A model generated the notes under the pieces. The model searched no databases and was not told the origin of the DNA. It saw nothing but the letters and a program-made list of their open reading frames with translations. Below are positions 1-13,449 of a stretch of DNA of 64,000 nt, in pieces. The stretch's first letter is position 1. Each line of letters starts with the position of its first letter. Source of the DNA: Octopus sinensis (Eukaryota); the NCBI RefSeq assembly GCF_006345805.1, contig NC_042998.1, positions 47,492,001 through 47,556,000 of the forward strand. Direction: 5' to 3'. Position numbers and translations under genes: made by a program.

Positions 1-391
1 ATAAACTCCTTGTTTTGCGACGACTTCCATATTTATTCTTAATAAGATCCAGTAAATTCAAACTTTAATACGATAGTCACTTGTGTTCCGCTACAGAACA
101 TTACGACGAAAGTAGGCTCGAAACACACTCGATTCATTAGAGTCTTTTATGTGAATGAATCTGGTGTATTACTAACACACACCCATCATAAAGGAGAGGT
201 TGTTCCCTTTTGACAAAACACAACAGCGGTTAACATAAACACGTTCGAATTTACCGGAACTTATTAAGAATAATATGCAAGTCATCGTTTTTTAATTTCG
301 CAGTTTACCATGCACACGATTTGATAATATATTAATTAATATTTTAAAACTCAGAAGCTACATACAAAGTGTATTGTATATATTGTTAGTC

Positions 392-504
392 GGCGGAGGT
401 AAATAATACGCACACTACTCGTATTCAGCGTAATCCTAACCATAACCCTAAACCTAACTTCTAAACGCCGACAACGGGTGATGTACGTATTCTTTACCTT
501 CGCC
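392..504. mobile_element. Small MITE-like element with ~23-bp imperfect terminal inverted repeats and a telomere-like (CCCTAA-type) core
   Basis: GGCGGAGGTAAATAATACGCACA ... TGTACGTATTCTTTACCTTCGCC are inverted; the centre is CCTAACCATAACCCTAAACCTAAC. Confidence 0.6.
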
Positions 505-2313
505 TGTGAGTCTTTATTTTGGTCTATTTAAATGGCAGAAAGAATTTTAAATTAGGTTCTTGTATATCGATAATTGTATTTTGAGATTTTCAACTTGTAT
601 ATTCTCCAAAAGCATTAGAAGAAAATTAAGACTTTAACTTGGAATTGAAACAATTATAGCGACAGCTGTTTGAAGCTAAACCAATGTATATATTTTCATT
701 CCTTACGCATACACAGTTATAACAGTAAAAGGCTAATACTGCACTCACTTGTAATGATCCAATGTAGTTATTTTGTCGAGGGTTGTTAATGTTCAGCATG
801 AAAATCTGTAAACTAATATGTGCGTTGAATCTTGTACCCTTTCAGATAATAAATAAGTAGAATAGATAACTAGAGAAACAATAATTTTGCTTTATATCTT
901 GGCTGTAGTAGATATTAGGAGACAAATTTCGCTTGGCATTTGTCAGAACAAGACTCGGTCACTAGAAAAATACTTGTATCGTAAAAATAAACATAAAGAT
1001 ATAATAAATCTCTGAACGAGATGGCTAGTATACTAAACATAAAGATGAATCTAAGAAATAATCAGACCTTTGATTCATTATTACAAACAAGGGGCCAACA
1101 CAGAGGGGATGATACAAAACACGGGTCATTAAAATGAATGAATTTAACAAGAAATGGACAATTAAAAAGTTTATGAAAAATAAATCGAATGATTTAAACA
1201 ATCAAGGACAATGCAATGAAATGGGGGACGAGTTCAGCTCCGACCCCACAAGCCCCGTTCCACCATTGAGATCTTTTAATTTTCTTCATGGTTTTAAAAC
1301 TGAAAGACAATCTGGATAAACAATCTTGGATTTCTTCTTCTTAGAGAAACCTGTGATGTTAGTTAGGCAGAGATAATAATCGGTATAGTAGTTTGCTGGT
1401 TTGCGCCATATTAGTACTACAAATGGCCTATTTTTCTGTTTACCATTCATCCATTGGATTAGTGCTATGTAATAGTTTTTGCAACAAACATGAGGTGCTC
1501 ACAGTTTAAAGTAAAGCGTGTAATCATTTAAAAATTTCTTTGTAAGCTTATTTCTCTGATATTTTGGCGTAAATTTTCCACACACACGTAGCAAAAGCTG
1601 TCCAGGTGATAAACACAAATTCTTCTGCTCATCATAAATACATACAGTCATAACCTAAATCAACACTCAAGGAAACCTGTTTGTAAACTAAAATATAACA
1701 TTAATCAACTGTAAATGTTACTGTAAAACATCAAAATATATTTCTCAAAAAAAAAAGTCATTGAAATTTTCATAGAATGTACTGAAGTTATGACTATCAC
1801 AAAACAATTTTTACATCTCTAAATTTCAAACATTGATCACTTTAATAAATAACTAAATTTACTACTAAACTACTTTTCATATAACCTGGCTCTCTTATTT
1901 GATGTACTGTATTTAATAGCACTAGCAGTTATCAAGAAAATGGAGTCTGAGTGGCTTACCTAATATCAAAGTTCTACTGTGAGGAGAACTTTACTATAAT
2001 AATTACAGCGAGAACAAAGTAGAATAAATTCTCACCTTGTGTGGCAATTTAACAGGTAGCCTGCATTTCCCTCTATCGGCACTTATTTTTGTTTCAGTGA
2101 TGAGTATAAAAATGAAAATCGGAAACAAAATGTCTACTACTTTGTCAATATTATCAATTGGTTGGAAAATCTGATGCTGTGAATAACTAAAAAAGCAAAA
2201 CTCGTGATGTCTGAAAACTGATGTCAGATTCAGATTCAGCATCCTAAAATTACCCTAATTCGGCTGAAAAGGTTTAAAGAGCATGACAAAAAAATGTTTT
2301 TGTTGCCCAGAGC

Positions 2314-2520
2314 TATAAGGGACAAAGGCCTGAAATTTCGGGGAAGGAGACTAGTCGATTATATCGACCCCAATGCTCAAATCGTACTAAATTTATCGAA
2401 TCTGAAAAATGAAAGGCAAAATCGACCTCGGCGGAATTTGAACTTAGAATATAGAGATGGACGAAATGCTGCCAAGCATTTTGCCCGGCGCTATAACAAT
2501 TCTACCAGCTTACCGTCTTA
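2314..2520 (-). mobile_element. tRNA-derived SINE, family A (most abundant family here)
   Basis: Reverse complement shows degenerate Pol III A/B-box-like motifs (family form GGCGAGCTGGCAGAATCGTTAG ... GAGTTCAAATTCC); homologous copies recur throughout the window. Confidence 0.8.
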
Positions 2521-2819
2521 TAAAGAGAAAAAGACCCACTTCAGTCATATACTACCATGGGATTGCACCAAGAAAGTTCGCTTCCACGGCACAAGTCCGA
2601 GAGAGGTTGTTTATGGAAGACCAGCAGTCGCCCATGCATACTAGCTTCCCTTCTCTACGCCACTAATGTTGCCAAGTCGCAACATATTTCTATAGATGAG
2701 TGAACTGGAGCAACGAGAAATAAAGCATCTTGCTCAAGAACACAACACACAACCCGGTGCAGGTTGTGAGCCCGGCAATCTAACCATTAAGAGATGCGCC
2801 TTTACTGCCTTATTTTATG

Positions 2820-3445
2820 TAATAATAGTACTTATTTTATCGACCCCGAAAAGATGAAAGGTAAAGTAGACCTCGGCGGAATCTGAACTCAGAACGTAGC
2901 GACGGGCAAAATAGCTATTTCTTTACTACCCACAAGGGGCTAAACACAGAGAGGACAAACAAACGGATTAAATCGATTATATCGACCCCAGTGCGAAACT
3001 GGTACTTAGTTTATCGACCCCGAAAGAATGAAAGGCAAAGTCGATCTCGGCGGAATTTGAACTCAGAACTTAACGGCAGACGAAATACGGCTACGCATTT
3101 CGCCTGGCGTGCTAACGTTTCTGCCAACTCGCCGCCTTTACGTTTCTGCCAGCCGCCTTTCCAGCATTTCGTCCAGCGTGCTAACAATTCTCCTCGCTCA
3201 CCGACTCTACATTATGTGAGAATAATCCTTTCTACAATAAGTACAAGGCTTGAAATTTGAGGTGATGGAACCAGTCGAATAGATCGACACCAGTACGCAA
3301 CTGGTACTCAATTTATCGACCCAGAAAAGATGAAAGGCTAAGTCGACCTCGGTAGCATTTGAACTCAGAACGTAGCGACGGGCGAAATACCGCTAAGCAT
3401 TTCGTCCAGTGTGTTAACGACTGTGCCACCTCACCGCCCTAAATA
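2820..3445 (-). mobile_element. Head-to-tail array of 3-4 family A SINE copies, some truncated
   Basis: Repeated ATCGACCCC...GAAAGG...GTCGACCTCGGCGGAATTTGAACTCAGAACGT...CATTTCG...GCCAGCTCGCCGCC blocks. Confidence 0.85.
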
Positions 3446-4069
3446 ATGTGATAATGAAATGAAAAGAGCATCAACTGAAAACCAAAAACGAGAATCTTGA
3501 CAAGTCAGTGAGAACTCAGTACTGCAAATTTGATAAAATTTAAACAAAAATAAATAATTAAACATAAAATATAAAGCATATGAAGATGACGATTGCGGAA
3601 GAGAGATGGGATTAAAAAAATGTATGCAAATGAGGATTATGTTGTGTTGATGTAATTAAACAGATTATCATATAACATTTTGTCAGATATGTCCTTAATA
3701 CTTTGATATACAGAATTAAAAGTGGTATTTCCTTCTCACAATGTAAAATTCTTGCGCATTCGTATAGTTATTTCTATATTTTAAACGTATATTGCCTCTT
3801 TTCTCCTAAGTGATATTCTGCTTTCTAAACATATTCTTGACTATCAGTAAATTCTGTTCATCATCCAAACCCCCAACAAGACACGATGTTTTATTTCTTT
3901 TCGTGGGAAATGGACTTCAACTTCTTGGGCTGCTAATAGTGTTTGGGTTCTCATTTCGCCTGATTACAACTTAGTTGCCTGGGAGCCAGCTAGGACGATT
4001 CTGAGGAACACAAGCGGATGGATGAGATAATAGATTTTGCTTTATACGAGCATACACAAATATGTGGGT

Positions 4070-4102
4070 ACATACAAACACACACACACACACACACGTA
4101 TG

Positions 4103-4133
<31 letters not shown>

Positions 4134-4172
4134 ATGTATGTATATACATGTATGTATATATAGGTATGTATA

Positions 4173-4215
<43 letters not shown>

Positions 4216-4420
4216 TATATGTATATAAATATATATATATATATATATATGTATGTATATATATATATGTATTTATATATATATGCATGCATATATATAT
4301 GTATGTATATATGTATGTATATACATATATATATATATATGTATATAAGCATGTATATATATGCACATGTATGTATACATACATATGTATGTATATGTAT
4401 ATATATGTATATGTACAGAT
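4070..4420. repeat. Compound (CA)n/(TA)n/(TATG)n microsatellite; representative of dozens in the window
   Basis: Directly visible; source of the YI/THT/CV-rich spurious ORFs. Confidence 0.98.
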
Positions 4421-4440
4421 TATAAACAATGAAAGCCCGA

Positions 4441-4655
4441 TTTTGGCGATTCATTCGACAGAGGTAGTAGAGAGCCAATCCGATAATGAATCTGACCTTG
4501 GATCTTGAAAGTTTGCATGAATCCTGGCTCAGTTAAATCTCTTGTAGCTCCAAATGATGTCATCTGTTGAGTAGCGTTGTATTGTCTAATTTTGTTTTGG
4601 AAGTGCTTGGAATCTTTGGTCAGTTGATGACAATAGTTTCTTCAAAGGTCTATTG
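4441..4655 (-). mobile_element. Helitron Rep/helicase coding fragment (degenerate)
   Basis: Minus-strand translation [57 protein letters not shown] matches the RepHel motif F..IR.YN...MTSFGA...TFKIQGQ.YHRIGSL.P; frameshift upstream. Confidence 0.85.
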
Positions 4656-6231
4656 CAAACAATGTTACCTAAAAAGCTTGGTGCACATTGGTTACACAGC
4701 TACTGTGCAACACAAGACGGCAAAATGGTAGACACGTTCGAGCTTGGATAGAATACGTTGCACTTGTTACAGTGCTTTGAGTTCGAATGCCATCGGAGTC
4801 AATCTTGCTTTTATCTTTTAGAGGTTGATAAATAAAGAACTAGCATCATATCTTTCTCTCCTGTTCTTCCATTCTGCATTTTATTTGTAATTCAGTTGTG
4901 TCACTCTGACTTGGAATGAGAGTTGTGTTAAGAGGGCACGTGACACTCAGCCGCTTATATGCTATGCTGACCATTAGGAATTCAGTTAGCCGAGCTACTA
5001 AATGCTCATTGTCGAACCGACGAAGACTCTACCAAAGCAACCACACAACTTGACATCTGCAGCAGATTTGAACTCACTATCTATGAGTCGGCAGAATAAC
5101 TTCTTATCCACTGAATCATTTCGCTTGAAAACCTTCCACTTAATCAAAAAGAAATAGAATATTTGGAATTCCACACATCTCTCAAACCTGTTAATAGTTT
5201 ACGTGAAATAAAATTGTCTTCAACGAGAAATCACCACCTTCAAAGATACGGATTACTGAGTGCTTACTGCTTATTCTAAATCGCTAGAAATAATTAAAAT
5301 TCATGTAGAATAAATAGACATGAAACAATTAGGGATGAAAATGATAAGGACATTTAGTTAGTGATTTCTAACATGAGTTTGATATAAAATATGATAACGG
5401 GTGACGTTCTTACCTTTCTCAAACAACATATTTACTAAAAAATACATTATGGGGATTTATTCATGGAAAATTTTATTTAGTTATAATGGTTGAGTGGATA
5501 AATTGTCTCCTTAATATGATGATGAGGCGTGCTTTATGATTCCTATCGCAGACATTGGGGCGTGCCTTTGGGCGAAGTACTTAACTCTACTTGTCTCAAT
5601 ACGCATGACACCAGCTTGACGGCAGGTCAAAATAAAATTTTAAGAGCCTAGCCTGCAGACACGTTGGATTCTTTACACCCTGCAGTGTGATATGTGCTTA
5701 CAAGCCCTTGTATTAGAAGCTTGGTGCCTTATTGACTAGAGTTTTTCACCCTTCAAAAGTGGAGGTTTGATAATTAGATGATCTTCTAAAAGAATATTAA
5801 TAGTCTATCAAAACCACATGATAAGAGTGATAGTGCGGCCCAGGTTTTTTTGGTTCCCATTTGGATTCGTGTTACTTGCATATATGATGTTTTTTCGAAT
5901 AGTGTATTAAAGTGTAAAGGTCAGGACATCGCTTTTATTAAATATAACGTGTCGTAATTGTTACTAAATATGTCCTTTATGTTACCCGATAAAACAATTA
6001 TCTGATTTCTCACGTTAACACTCACAAGACTACTCAATTCTAGACATTCTAGTCATTCCGCCCCCCCCCCCACGCGCCCCAGTTCATCGAACATAACTCA
6101 TCCATTCTGAAAGAAATAACAGTAAAGATCATCGCAACTGGATTTTGAACTGGGGATCAAAATGCATGAAACTGATTATAATAGTAAATGTAATCGGATC
6201 GAGACTTAATGCTGCTATGGAGAAAGGGAGG

Positions 6232-6277
<46 letters not shown>

Positions 6278-6324
6278 GACAGATAGAGACAGACAGACAG
6301 ACTGACAGATAGACAGAGAACAAA

Positions 6325-6729
6325 TAATTGTTTCCAATTTAGGTAAAAAGACCAGCAGTTTTGAGGTGCGGTGATTAGTCGATTACATCGGCCTCGGTGT
6401 TTGATTGGTACTTATTTTATCAAACACGAAAGGTTAAAAAACTACGAAGTGACAACTATTCTGCGATTCGGCATTCTTAATGAAAAGTAGTAGTAGTAGT
6501 AGTAGTAGCAGCAGTTATTTCAAATTTTTCCCACAAGGGCAGCTTGGGAGAGGTGGGTATGAGTCGATTACATCGATCCCAGTGTTCAACTAGAACATAT
6601 TTTTTCTTCCCCGAAAAGATGAAAGGTAAGGTTGACCTCGGCGGAATTTGAACTCAGGGCGTAGCAACGGGCGAAATACCGCTAAGCATTTCGTCCGTTG
6701 CGCTAACGATTCTGCCAGCTCACCGCCCT

Positions 6730-6730
<1 letters not shown>
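6325..6730 (-). mobile_element. Two family A SINE copies
   Basis: Same family motifs, each with a microsatellite tail. Confidence 0.75.
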
Positions 6731-6788
<58 letters not shown>

Positions 6789-6946
6789 GACTTTAGAAGT
6801 ACACGACAATCTAGGTGTATTGCAAAAATCGGCATTACGTAGAACTGCAGGCATATTGCGTAGAGTATTGTCTGAGGACCTTGTGTCTTGCCCCGGCAGA
6901 CAAAATATAATTCAATCAACAACATTACGATATTGGATACTGTCTA
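6789..6946 (+). mobile_element. 3' end of an R4/Dong-like (RLE-type) non-LTR retrotransposon embedded in (TAA)n
   Basis: Translates LGVLQKSALRRTAGILRRVLS, resembling the terminal 'QK.A.LGT..ILR.VL' motif of RLE-type LINEs; (TAA)n on both sides. Confidence 0.7.
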
Positions 6947-7124
6947 TAATAATAATAATAAAGGCCTGAAGTTTCGTGAGATTACAATGGCCCCAGTGTT
7001 TCACTGATACTTATTTTATCGACCTCGAAAGGATGAAAGGCAAAGTCGACCTCAATGGAATTTGAACTCAGATCGTGCAGACGAACGAAATGCCGCTAAG
7101 CATCTGCCCGGCCCACCGCCTTTC

Positions 7125-7165
<41 letters not shown>

Positions 7166-7324
7166 TTAATGATAATAACTAGCTCGACCCGTAACTATTT
7201 CACGGAATTAATAGTATTTCTGAAAACTTTATCCGAAAAACCTGAAAGCGCAGTGTGAGTTTTGTCTGTATGGAAAGAAAGACGCTCATCTGCTACTCAT
7301 TGAAAAGTGAAAGAAATTAGAATT

Positions 7325-7460
7325 CAATGATTACTTATTTTTTTATTCTTTTACTTGTTTCAGTCATTTAACATAGGATATGATGGAGCACCGCCTTAAA
7401 AAGCACGTGGCACCCAGGCGGGGAATCAAACCCCAGTCTCCCGCGTGATAGGCGGGGATA
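7325..7460 (-). pseudogene. tRNA-Asp-derived pseudogene (7413-7460, anticodon reads ATC) fused to the common SINE 3' tail
   Basis: Minus strand TATCCCCGCCT-ATC-ACGCGGGAGACTGGGGTTTGATTCCCCG vs eukaryotic tRNA-Asp(GTC) TATCCCCGCCT-GTC-ACGCGGGAGACCGGGGTTCGATTCCCCG; 5' acceptor/D strand missing; followed by the AAGGCGGTGCTCCA...AAATGACTGAAACAAGTAAAAGAATA tail. Confidence 0.8.
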
Positions 7461-7904
7461 ATACACTTTATATACAATACGCAAAATTTTATAGACTTAA
7501 TACACTGCACTCATAAAATAAATACTCAGTTTTATTTTTCCATTTTCCCCCATAAACAAACAAAAAAAACCCGCCGTACATATGATACAACCTTTAGTTA
7601 AATTGCATATATCTGACACGGAAATAAGCATGGATATTTCACGGTATTGCACTTAGGCGCATGATTTAAGTGATAGATGATAGTTCAACTAAAAGAAAAA
7701 TACACTTTTCACTATCCGTAACCTCCACCACCACAATCACAACCACAGTCATCATCTCTGCTTCTCTCTACCCCTCTCTCTCTCTCTTTGTCTTTCTTTA
7801 ACCTCACCATCAGAACATCACTCCTCTGCTAAAATTATATTTCTCACTCTCCTCTTCTATATCACTAACTTCAACTAACTTTTTTAACCACGTAATAAAT
7901 GTTC

Positions 7905-8303
7905 TTTTCTCCTCCAGGCACAAAGCCCGAAATTTTGGGGGGTGGGGCCAGTAGATTAGATCTAGCCCCAGTACGCAACTGGTACTTAATTTATCGACCC
8001 CAATAGGTTGAAAAGCAAAGTCGACTTCGGCGGAATTTGAACTCAGAACGTAAAGAGAGACGAAATACCTATTTCTTTACTACCCACAAGGGGCTAAACA
8101 CAGAGAGGACAAACAAGGACAGACAAACGGATTAAGTCGATTACATCGACCCCAGTGCGTAACTGGTACTTATTTAATCGACCCCGAAAAGGATGAAAGG
8201 CAAAGTCGACCTCGGCGGAATTGAACTCAGAACATAACGGCAGACGAAATACGGCTGCGCATTTCGCCCGGCGTGCTAACGTTTCCGCCAGCTCGCCGCC
8301 TTA
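7905..8303 (-). mobile_element. Two tandem family A SINE copies
   Basis: Well-preserved family motifs including B-box complement GGAATTTGAACTC. Confidence 0.85.
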
Positions 8304-8654
8304 CCATGTAATAAATATTACGTTCCTCCTACCTCACGTCATAGATGCTTCTCTTTCCCTCTTTTTCTCTCTCCCTCTTTCTGTCTCTTCGCCATATCCT
8401 CTTTTCCTCTCTCCTTTTTGTTTTCTCCCTATTGTTCTCTTTTTCCCATCAGCTAATCGCACATTATAATTGCGCTCCCTCTACCTCACGTCATGGACGC
8501 TTCCCTCTCCTTCTTTTTCTCTCTCCTTTTCCTCTCTCTCTCTCTCTCTCTCTCTTCTCTTTCTGTTTTTTTCTCTCTCTCCCTCCATTTTCTCTAATCA
8601 CCTGAAAGAGTTACCTACGTGCTATGGAATGACAAGCAGAATTATTGTAAGATC

Positions 8655-8870
8655 CTTCTACTTAAGGCACAAGGCCTGAAATATGGGGGAGGGGGATAAT
8701 CGATTACAACAACCCGAGTGTTTCACTGGTACTTAATTTATCGACCCCCGAAAGGATTAAAGATAAGGTCAACCTCAGTTGAATTTGAACTATGAAAGTA
8801 GCAACAGACGAAATATCGCTCAGCATTTCGTCCAGCGAGCCAACTATTCTGTCAGCTCGCCGCCACCTTA
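8655..8870 (-). mobile_element. Family A SINE
   Basis: Family motifs; (AAT/AAC)n at its head. Confidence 0.8.
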
Positions 8871-8896
8871 ATAATAATAACAACAACAACAACAAC

Positions 8897-8955
<59 letters not shown>

Positions 8956-10299
8956 TAGAAATACTAATAGCAATATGAATGTATGTATAGCTGTATGTAT
9001 ACGACTGTGTGTGCGTGTGTGTGTGTGTGTGGTTGTGTGTGTGTGTCTTGTGTGTATATGTCTAACTGGTGTGTATAATAGGCGTCAAAGATTTTGAGCT
9101 TGACAGTGAAATGAGCAGAAAATTTCGTAAAACTAGATAAAATCTCTATCGATGCGAGAGTTTCTCATTCCTTCTTAAAATGTTTTTATGCACAAAAGTA
9201 TGCATATCTCTCGCTGGTGTGAGACTCCACCAGTGTGCCCATGTGAGTTAGACATACATGAGCTATTGTAATTTCATTTCGGAGGACCATTCTCGATGCA
9301 ACGTTTGTCAAAATAGCTGGAAGTCACATGGAAGATTAAAGTAGCACTCGAACATTCGCAACAAGCAATCGGAAAATAAAACCAATGCTGAAATGAGCCA
9401 TTGCTGCAGTATATAGGATCAGCTCTTCAAACGCCATTCAGAGCTCAAAAATCATCTTAGCTCTTACTCTAGGAAAGAGTGAGAGCTAAGTATTGTTAGA
9501 TATTCGATTAGTACTGTATGAGATAAAGCTGCACGAAGATTATCATTATCCAGTCAGCTTCCAGTGTAATGGTTAGTGGACTACTCTTCGTAGCAGAGTT
9601 ACAAGTTACAATATACAGAGCATATGCAACGGAAATTTAGCCACTACGTATGTTTCACAGATTACAGGTAAGTTCAGCGCCATCAGTTCATCGCAGGAGA
9701 GTTCACCTCCATTAATTCACCATGAATAAAATCCACCTAAGTAAAGTTCACTGCGCGGAAAGTTTACCGAGAAAATATATCCGTAGTATCTCATCAATAA
9801 TAATTAAAAACTATTTTATTGAAACTAAAAAAAAATTGAAGCTGAAAAATTGTCTCAAAAATTTCGTCCGGTGAACTTACGGTATATGAAACATAATTTC
9901 ACAATTGCAGTTGTTTGGAGTTCAGCATTTGATGTCCTGGGTGCACTTGAAGGCGTAACTGCAATGAATCATCAGGGGTACGATTTCTTGCATTAGCAGA
10001 ATGCAATAAAGCATTCCCCCGGTGATGCATTGCCGCTAGGCATCCAAATGTACTTGGAAGATCCAGTGGTGAGTTCCAAGCAACTAAATATTTGTACGGT
10101 TGTTTATCTTAGTTTTCCAATATACATACATGCATATATGTATTCGTGTATTTGTGTTTGCATGTATATACTTGAATATATATATGTGTGTGTGTGTATG
10201 TGTGTGTGTGTGTGCATATATATATAAGCTTATTTAAATGTGTGTGTATATATATATTTTTATATATATATATCTACATATATGTGTGCATTTATATAC

Positions 10300-10330
10300 A
10301 TATATTATTATTATTATTATTATTATTATA

Positions 10331-10387
<57 letters not shown>

Positions 10388-10486
10388 TTATTATATTAGT
10401 GGAAAAATGAAAACCAACGCAGAACGAGTATTTCAAGTTATTTAGAATAATTTGATTATGTGTGCGTTTATATACATATATTATTA

Positions 10487-10539
<53 letters not shown>

Positions 10540-10665
10540 TATATTATATTATATTATATTATATTATATTATATTATATTAGTGGAAAAATGAAAACCAA
10601 CGCAGAACGAGTATTTCAAGTTATTTAGAATAATTTGATTATGTGTGCGTTTATATACATATATT

Positions 10666-10696
<31 letters not shown>

Positions 10697-10859
10697 TATT
10701 ATTATTATTATTATTATTATATTATTATATTATATTATATTATATTATTATATTATATTATATTAGTGGAAAAATGAAAACCAACGCAGAACGAGTATTT
10801 CAAGTTATTTAGAATAATTTGATTATGTGTGCGTCTATATACATATATTATTATTATCA

Positions 10860-10913
<54 letters not shown>

Positions 10914-11001
10914 TATTATTATTATTATATTATATTATATTAGTGGGAAAATGAAAACCAACGTAGAACGAGTATTTCAAGTTATTTAGAATAATTTGAT
11001 T
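10300..11001. repeat. ~183-bp-period tandem array: 4 copies of a ~65-85-bp core separated by (ATT)n/(ATATT)n
   Basis: TAGTGGAAAAATGAAAACCAACGCAGAACGAGTATTTCAAGTTATTTAGAATAATTTGATTA starts at ~10397, 10580, 10764 and 10941. Confidence 0.95.
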
Positions 11002-11559
11002 AGGGTAAGGTGAATTTGAAGTCTTACAGCTGTTTCTGGAATAACCCAAGTGGTTGGTAAGCATGTCCATGCACTGAGTATCCCGTCATCAGAGACAAGT
11101 TATGAATATTTTATAGGGGGATACTTTACGGTTTACAAGAAATAAAATTCACAGTTTATTAGGAATAAAATAGAATAAAGAATAAAAGTAGTTAGAGGAA
11201 TATTGGCAGGAGAATAATGTTCACAACTCATCATTTTCTATAGGATATGTAAAAAGATGAGTTATGAATATTATTCTCCTGCCTGTATTCTTCTACTTTT
11301 ACTCTTTATTCTTCTATTTCACTCGTTTATTCTTCTATTTTATTCCTAATAAACTGTAAATTTATTCCTTTTAAACTGTAAATCTTCCCGTCTAAAATAG
11401 TCATTCCTTGTCTCTGATTGACGATTACCCAGTGCACGGAATGCTAACCAACCAATAAATATTACGTTCTTCCTAAGACTTCAAATCCACCTTACCCTAA
11501 TTAAATTATTCTAAATTACTTGAGATATTCGTTCTGCCTTGGTTTTGATTTTCCCTCTA
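10941..11559. mobile_element. ~620-bp foldback/MITE, palindromic over almost its whole length
   Basis: Left TAGTGGGAAAATGAAAACC...GGGTAAGGTGAATTTGAAGTCTTA pairs with right TAAGACTTCAAATCCACCTTACCC...GGTTTTGATTTTCCCTCTA; inner arms GGCAGGAGAATAAT / ATTATTCTCCTGCC around ~11250; TA at both ends. Confidence 0.85.
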
Positions 11560-12856
11560 ATATAATATATACATGCTACAACGGACAGCTTACACGGATC
11601 CCTAGATCCAGTCTTAGCTGTGATCTTGGAACCTAATGGTCGACTAACTATAGCACTTACCAAGCATGCGTATTCGTTTACATCACAATTGAACTAAACC
11701 CCAAATATTCTACCCAAACACACTCACACACACACACATGCATGTATGTATATGTATATGTTTGTATGTATATACATGTATGTAAATATACATATGTATG
11801 TATATATATATGTGTGTGTGAATGTATATATATATGCATTATGTATATAGATATATCTATATACATATATGTATATATATGTGTGTGTGTGTGTATATAT
11901 ATGTGTGTACTTATATATAAATATATACACATATATATACATATATGAATATGTGTATATAAATATATACACATACGTACACACACATATATGTATACGT
12001 ACACAAAATATGAGGTTTAGCGTCGCCGTGAGACATTCTGTGCAAATGTCTTCTGCTATAGTCCCAGGCTTTGTGAGTGGGTTTGGTTTACGGATGCACG
12101 TCATTCGCATGTGTGTGTGTGTATGTGTGTGTGTGTGTATTTCGGTTTGGGGTGGGGGTATGTGATTGCCACCCCACTATTACTTGACAACGTCGGTTTT
12201 GGTTTTTGATTTGTTTACGTCCCCGCTACTTTGTGGTTCGGCAAAATCAACCCATAGAAAATTATGTAGTTTACGAAAAAAAAGAAAAAGTTAGAAAGAA
12301 AAACGAAAAGAAAAAAAAAAACGAAAAAATATGTACTAGGGTCGATCCGTTCGATTAAACCCTTGAAAGTGGTGCCCCAGCATCGCCGTGACCCAGTGAC
12401 TGGAACAAGTACAAAATAAGAGATAAAACACATCCAACAACTATAATCAATGTAGAAACATATTCGCGCCATCGCTTATTCGTGACGGTACTGACTGCTG
12501 CGCCTCATTCCCGTTATAACAAATTACGACTAACTGGAAAGAACACAAACAACAGTGCAATACGCATCACCATAGGCTTGCACATAGACCACACCCACAG
12601 ATCATCTTCCGCTCACGTAAACTGCTTTCTGCTCTCCTTTCTTGCTAGTCACATTCTTCTGTGCACACTAAACATATTATTTGCGCATAGAAGTTAATAT
12701 GGTAGTTGAAATATACACAAGTTATATTATAACGAGGAGCATTTGTTGTACTCAATACTTCATCGATATATAATGACTACATCGTATTTTAATTATTTAT
12801 TTATTCATTTTTACTTCTTCAGTTTATATTATTATTTTAAAAAGTATTTCTGCAGG

Positions 12857-12933
<77 letters not shown>

Positions 12934-13388
12934 CATCTATCTATCTATTTATCTATCTATCTATCTTTAAGTTTAGTCTAGCGTATGTTTCCAAAAAAGA
13001 TGGGTGAATGTAGCAAGGATGGCACGTATGAATGACGAAGCCTAATCCTATGAATCCGGAAAAATTTATAACAGAGAGTTACTTACTTGCAAATAAGTGT
13101 GTTGACATGTGACATTATTGACCGAGGTTACCGTGGTCTTTTCCGTAGACTTTTCTTTCCACGGATAAATCTTATCTGTTTCCCCCTTTACACTTTACAT
13201 CATAGCATTTCTGTGATACATGATCTCTATTGATCGTTTGTTTTTTCCTTTTAACCTACCCCACTTTTTTTTTCTCCCCTACCCCACTTTTTTTTCTCCC
13301 CAAAAAGAAAAGCTCTACTTTGTAATTTGTCCCGTCTGTGTTCGGCTCTGTGTAGCTAATAAAGAAACATATCTATCTATATTATCTA

Positions 13389-13449
<61 letters not shown>

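Noticed and set aside
7413-7460. Functional tRNA-Asp(ATC)
   Set aside because: 5' third is missing, the T-loop is mutated (TTT instead of TTC), and it is fused to a SINE tail.
9456-9490. ~15-bp-stem hairpin CTTAGCTCTTACTCT/AGAGTGAGAGCTAAG as a pre-miRNA
   Set aside because: Too short for a pre-miRNA stem, with no other support.
10397-11001. CRISPR-like repeat/spacer pattern
   Set aside because: Repeats are ~65-85 bp, spacers are pure microsatellite, the core is a MITE end, the context is eukaryotic and there are no cas genes.
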